64,000 nt of DNA from Candidatus Nanopelagicaceae bacterium (GTDB lineage Bacteria > Actinomycetota > Actinomycetes > Nanopelagicales > Nanopelagicaceae), in contig CBFHTP010000001.1 in assembly GCA_965658705.1 (NCBI GenBank), forward strand, positions 931 through 64,930, given 5' to 3'. The notes under the pieces are model-generated. The model worked only from the letters and a program-made list of their open reading frames with translations. It did no database searches and was not told where the DNA came from. Both the position numbers and the translations under genes were made by a program. How positions within the stretch are numbered: the first letter of the stretch is position 1; each line of letters starts with the position of its first letter. Shown here in pieces: positions 60,547 to 64,000 of the stretch.

Positions 60547-60762
60547 TTGCGCATGAACAAGGTCTACGGAGCTGGGTTCGCGCTCATCTTGACATTTCTT
60601 CCTGGAATTTCGGGGATAGCTTTTGCGGAGGAGTCCGGTGAGAAGCCACAAATCAAAGACGAAGCTCACATTTTTGAAGGGTCCTCGACGCTACTTGTGA
60701 TTGGTGCGCTTCTCATTGCAGTCGGACTCGCCTATTTCATTGGCCGAAGAAACCGCAAATAA
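60547..60762 (+). CDS. Hypothetical small secreted/membrane-anchored protein
   Basis: 71 aa (TTG start; ATG at 60553). It has an N-terminal signal-like segment ending AFA-EE, an acidic linker, and a C-terminal TM followed by RRNRK. No family recognised, and it may not be expressed. Confidence 0.35.
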   Translation: MRMNKVYGAGFALILTFLPGISGIAFAEESGEKPQIKDEAHIFEGSSTLLVIGALLIAVGLAYFIGRRNRK

Positions 60763-60775
60763 CTCAATAAATTAA

Positions 60776-60915
60776 AAGACGTGGTACTTTTCCGCTTGAG
60801 AAAGAGCGAAGTCCGGTGAGATACCGGCGCTGTTCCCGCAACTGTAAGGCCCACTTTCAGATCATTTGAAAATCTGAAGACTTGAAAATGGGCCAAGCCA
60901 GGTCGCCTCTCCTCA
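60776..60915 (+). promoter_or_regulatory. Cobalamin (B12) riboswitch aptamer
   Basis: GAAGUCCGGUGAGAUACCGGCGCUGUUCCCGCAACUGUAAGGCCCA matches the conserved cobalamin core (GGUGAGA..CCGG..GCUG..CCCGCAACUGUAA). A variable hairpin UUCAGAU/AUCUGAA follows, then closing UGGGCC and a B12-box-like AAGCCAGGUCGCCU. It lies upstream of a BtuF-like ABC importer. Boundaries are approximate. Confidence 0.8.
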
Positions 60916-60999
60916 AAGAAGTATCCGACCTCGGAGGAAGGTCGGGCCTTTAATTGTCTGGCCAAAAGTTTTCTGGTCGGCATTGGAAGCCCACTCTTT

Positions 61000-61028
61000 C
61001 TCCCTCATATGCTCGAGGGAGTTTTTTT
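61000..61028 (+). terminator. Intrinsic terminator / SD-sequestering hairpin (riboswitch expression platform)
   Basis: CTCCCTC (61000-61006), an 8-nt loop, GAGGGAG (61015-61021), then T7 (61022-61028), immediately followed by ATG 61029. The 3' arm GAGGGAG doubles as the Shine-Dalgarno. Confidence 0.75.
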
Positions 61029-61901
61029 ATGTTTAAATCTTGGAAAATCTCGAAGCCGAAAGTACTGGCAATAGCCGCGATCTTTTCGGTGCTTCAAGTT
61101 TTGTCAATCAATCAATCGGCTCACGCGGCCGCTAAATACCCATCACGAATCATCTCACTTTCGCCGAGCGCGACCGAAGATCTCTTCGCTATTGGAGCTG
61201 GCAAGCAAGTTCTGGCTGTCGATTCGCTCTCGAATTATCCAAAGAACGCACCCATCTCAAAGCTAGATGCCTTCACTCCAAATGTGGAGGCGATTGCCGC
61301 GAAGAAGCCAGATCTGGTTATTTTGCAGAGTTCTGCGACTAAAGCGACCTCAGTCAAGGCTGCGTTGGAGAAGTTAAAGATCAAGGTCTTCTTTGAAGAG
61401 ACGCCTAGCGCCATAGATGGCGTCTATGCGGAGTTGAAATCTTTGGGAGCTGTGACAGGTCACACTTCCCAGGCGACGGCTCTTATCGCACAGATGAAGG
61501 TGAAGATTCAATCAGCAATCGCTTCGGTCAAAAACTCTTCAGCTATAAGTGTTTTCCATGAAGTTGATAGCACTCTTTACTCAGCAGCCTCTTCAACATT
61601 TATCGGAGGGGTTTACAAATCTTTTGGCCTGATCAATGTTGCTGATGCCGCGGCAACTGCAGACAGTTATGGATATCCGCAGCTCACATCAGAATACCTG
61701 ATTCAGGTGAACCCATCAGTGGTGTTTTTGGCCGATGGGCAAAGTTCATACGACGTTGCCGCTCGTCCCGGGTGGAACGGAATTACTGCTGTGCAAAAGA
61801 ACCAAATTGTCTCGTTGCCAGAAGACATCGCCTCGCGTTGGGGTGTTCGACTCGTCAACCTTTATCAACTCATCGCTGACGCGCTCAAAAAAGTTAAGTA
61901 A
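61029..61901 (+). CDS. ABC transporter periplasmic-binding lipoprotein/solute-binding protein, BtuF/FhuD-like (cluster A/type 8)
   Basis: The track ORF starts at 60954 inside the riboswitch platform. ATG 61029 (MFKSWKISKPKVLAIAAIF) gives a signal peptide. RIISLSPSATEDLFAIGAG and KPDLVIL motifs of B12/siderophore binding proteins. Confidence 0.85.
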   Translation: MFKSWKISKPKVLAIAAIFSVLQVLSINQSAHAAAKYPSRIISLSPSATEDLFAIGAGKQVLAVDSLSNYPKNAPISKLDAFTPNVEAIAAKKPDLVILQSSATKATSVKAALEKLKIKVFFEETPSAIDGVYAELKSLGAVTGHTSQATALIAQMKVKIQSAIASVKNSSAISVFHEVDSTLYSAASSTFIGGVYKSFGLINVADAAATADSYGYPQLTSEYLIQVNPSVVFLADGQSSYDVAARPGWNGITAVQKNQIVSLPEDIASRWGVRLVNLYQLIADALKKVK

Positions 61902-61904
61902 CTG

Positions 61905-62924
61905 ATGTCAGGGAAGCAGGGCTTAGCCCCAACATGGAATTGGAAGATCACTTCGATCTTTGCTGTCCTGCTTCTCGTTACATCCCTTGCTGCAATTAGT
62001 TTCGGTCCGATTCAACTCTCACTGAAGTCAATTCTTCAAACAATCTTCGGCTTTCACAGTGGGCTTACCGAGCAAGAGCGAACCGTCCTTTTTGATTTGC
62101 GCATCCCCCGCGCCTTGCTTGCTGCCCTTGTTGGCTCCGCATTGGCAACTAGTGGCGCCGTATATCAGACGGTCTTTCGAAATCCACTCGCTGATCCATA
62201 TTTGTTAGGCGCTGCAAGCGGAGCTGGGCTCGGCGCAACCTTCGTTCTCACGACTGTTACCCATAACGTATATGGATTGCTTCCCATTTTTTCGTTCTGC
62301 GGTGCAGTGTTGGCAGTTCTCACGACCTTCTTCATTTCTGGAAAGTTTTTCTCTGAACCACAAACTCTTTTACTGGCTGGAATCGCAGTTGGATCTTTCG
62401 CCACCGCAATCCAAACCTACTTACAACAACGCCATAGCGCTTCGTTGCGGCCCGTCTACTCTTGGATTCTGGGCGAGCTGACCGTCGCAAATTGGCAGAT
62501 CGTTAGTTGGTCCTCTTTCTACATTCTTGGCGCGATAGCAGTCATGGTCAGTATCTCGAAACAATTGGATGGCCTACTTTTATCGGATGAAGAAGCATTC
62601 TCTCTGGGAATAAATCCAGCTAGATTGCGAATCATCGCGGTGTGCGCGGCAACACTTGCGACCGCAACGGCCGTCTCAGCTTCAGGCCTGATTGGCTTCG
62701 TAGGGATCGTGGTTCCACATTTGGTTAGGGGCCTGACTCACAGAGTTACCAATCGTTCTCTTTTTACTATTGCATTGGCCGGCGCAACTTTTCTGATGCT
62801 TGCCGATCTGGGTGCCAGAACACTGCTCTCCCCAGCAGAACTTCCCATCGGGGTTATCACCGCGTTTATTGGCGCACCATTTTTTCTAGTAGTGCTTAGA
62901 AACCGAAGGGCAGTTCAGCGATGA
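61905..62924 (+). CDS. FecCD/BtuC-family ABC transporter permease
   Basis: 339 aa with about 9-10 TM segments; RIPRALLAALVG, ADPYLLG and GVITAFIGAPFFL motifs. Confidence 0.9.
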   Translation: MSGKQGLAPTWNWKITSIFAVLLLVTSLAAISFGPIQLSLKSILQTIFGFHSGLTEQERTVLFDLRIPRALLAALVGSALATSGAVYQTVFRNPLADPYLLGAASGAGLGATFVLTTVTHNVYGLLPIFSFCGAVLAVLTTFFISGKFFSEPQTLLLAGIAVGSFATAIQTYLQQRHSASLRPVYSWILGELTVANWQIVSWSSFYILGAIAVMVSISKQLDGLLLSDEEAFSLGINPARLRIIAVCAATLATATAVSASGLIGFVGIVVPHLVRGLTHRVTNRSLFTIALAGATFLMLADLGARTLLSPAELPIGVITAFIGAPFFLVVLRNRRAVQR

Positions 62925-63676
62925 TCACTATCGAAAATCTCTCTGTTGTTATTGGCGAGAAGGTACTACTCAAGGAGATATCGCTAAATATTGCACCGAG
63001 TAAATGGAGCTGTCTAGTAGGCCCAAATGGTGCAGGAAAGACAACTCTCCTCAAAGTCTTGTTGGGAGTAATGCCTTATTCGGGTTCGGTCAAAAGCCAC
63101 GATAAAGAGCTCTTTCATAATCAACATCGAAACGTTGCCTTCGTACCTCAATCCCCTTCGATTCCGAATGGCATCTCTGTCTCTGAATACGTCTCCCTAG
63201 GCCGGGCAAAACGTGATGGTTGGGGGAACGAAAGCGCAAAGAGTAGAGCCAAAATTCAAGAGATTTTAGAGGTAACCCAACTATTCGGAATGCACAAGCA
63301 GCATGTCGCCCATCTATCAGGCGGTGAGATGCAGCGCGCACTGATAGCCAGGGCGCTCGCGCAGGAACCAGAAGTGATTCTTCTGGATGAACCAACGAGT
63401 GCTTTAGATCTTCATCACCAGATTTCGGTTCTGAACAATATCGAGTCGCTCAAAAACAAAGGCGTAACAATCATCTCGACCATGCATGACATCACCTTGG
63501 CTGCCATGTATGCGGAAGAGATTGTGGTTATGCAAGAGGGGCGCGTCTTACTCGCGGGCAGCGCCGATTACGTGATCCATTCCGCCGAACTTCGAAGCGC
63601 ATTTGATGACCGAATCAATGTCTTCACTCTTGATTCAGGCGATTCAGTCATCGTGGCAAAGAAGGAGCGAGGCTAA
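62921..63676 (+). CDS. ABC transporter ATP-binding protein (BtuD/FecE-like)
   Basis: 251 aa; Walker A GPNGAGKTT, signature LSGGEMQR and Walker B ILLDEPTS. Confidence 0.92.
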   Translation: MITIENLSVVIGEKVLLKEISLNIAPSKWSCLVGPNGAGKTTLLKVLLGVMPYSGSVKSHDKELFHNQHRNVAFVPQSPSIPNGISVSEYVSLGRAKRDGWGNESAKSRAKIQEILEVTQLFGMHKQHVAHLSGGEMQRALIARALAQEPEVILLDEPTSALDLHHQISVLNNIESLKNKGVTIISTMHDITLAAMYAEEIVVMQEGRVLLAGSADYVIHSAELRSAFDDRINVFTLDSGDSVIVAKKERG

Positions 63677-63683
63677 AACCTGG

Positions 63684-64000
63684 TTATCGAACGTGTGATG
63701 GCACAAAGGGAGCTTTAACAACCTCAACGTCAGATACTCGTCCACGAACATCAATTTGAACAATTTCTCCGACCTTAATCTCCCGAGAGATAAGCGCTAG
63801 CCCGATTCCGGATTTCAGGGTTGGTGAAAAAGTTCCACTCGTCACAACCCCCACGGTCTGGCCATTCTGGCTAACCTGCATTTCACCCCGAGGAATTGCT
63901 CGATCTAAAGATTTTATGCCGCGAAGAAACCGCTTAACTCCTTGCTCCTTCTCTCTCACAAGAGCTTGCCTTCCGTGAAATTCTGCCTTGCCCAGCGCAA
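63684..64000 (-). CDS. gcvT: Glycine cleavage system aminomethyltransferase GcvT, C-terminal part (5' end beyond the window)
   Basis: The frame stays open to the window edge (..ALGKAEFHGRQALVREKEQGVKRFLRGI..). VGVVTSGTFSPTLKSGIGLALI and the C-terminal barrel motif are typical GcvT. Confidence 0.85.
   Translation of the reverse strand, partial: ALGKAEFHGRQALVREKEQGVKRFLRGIKSLDRAIPRGEMQVSQNGQTVGVVTSGTFSPTLKSGIGLALISREIKVGEIVQIDVRGRVSDVEVVKAPFVPSHVR

Overview
This 64 kb window is a densely packed, mostly conserved core-chromosome segment of an actinobacterium (Actinomycetota). GC looks moderate by eye but was not computed. The compaction suggests a streamlined, possibly planktonic lineage; that is inference only. 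From memory, gene order matches two classical Streptomyces/Mycobacterium syntenic blocks. Block 1 (1-39.9 kb, almost all on the minus strand) runs carB-carA-pyrC-pyrB-pyrR, divergent bldD, nusB-efp, aroQ-aroB-aroK-aroC, prepilin peptidase, aroE-mltG-ruvX-alaS, aspS-hisS, relA, secF-secD, ruvBAC, yebC, pdxT-pdxS, pimA/PIM acyltransferase/pgsA, HIT, thrS and pabCB. A tRNA Gly-Cys...Val locus follows, interrupted by a ROK kinase and a cupin gene, then a small accessory patch of an HhH protein, two alpha/beta hydrolases and an EamA transporter. Block 2 (44.5-64 kb) holds the DnaQ/GIY-YIG nuclease, trpD, ctaE-qcrCAB, ctaC-ctaD-ctaF, a desulfurase-like gene with tusA, a PfkB kinase, erpA, nadA, DUF3043, an aldo-keto reductase, a cobalamin riboswitch driving a BtuFCD-like ABC importer, and the 3' end of gcvT. 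I found no mobile element, CRISPR array, prophage or recognisable defence or toxin system, and no convincing novel multi-gene system. The items worth a second look are small-scale: a 10-bp x ~11 tandem array in the pdxS leader, an 8-bp tandem array after tusA, a P-loop-less EF-G-like G-domain remnant, a BldD homologue with an intact c-di-GMP motif, a stand-alone receiver-like protein lacking the conserved Lys, a divergent desulfurase-like/TusA pair near erpA-nadA, several convergent genes overlapping at their 3' ends, and a B12 riboswitch whose terminator arm is also the Shine-Dalgarno. All homology calls come from motif recognition by eye. No database search was run.
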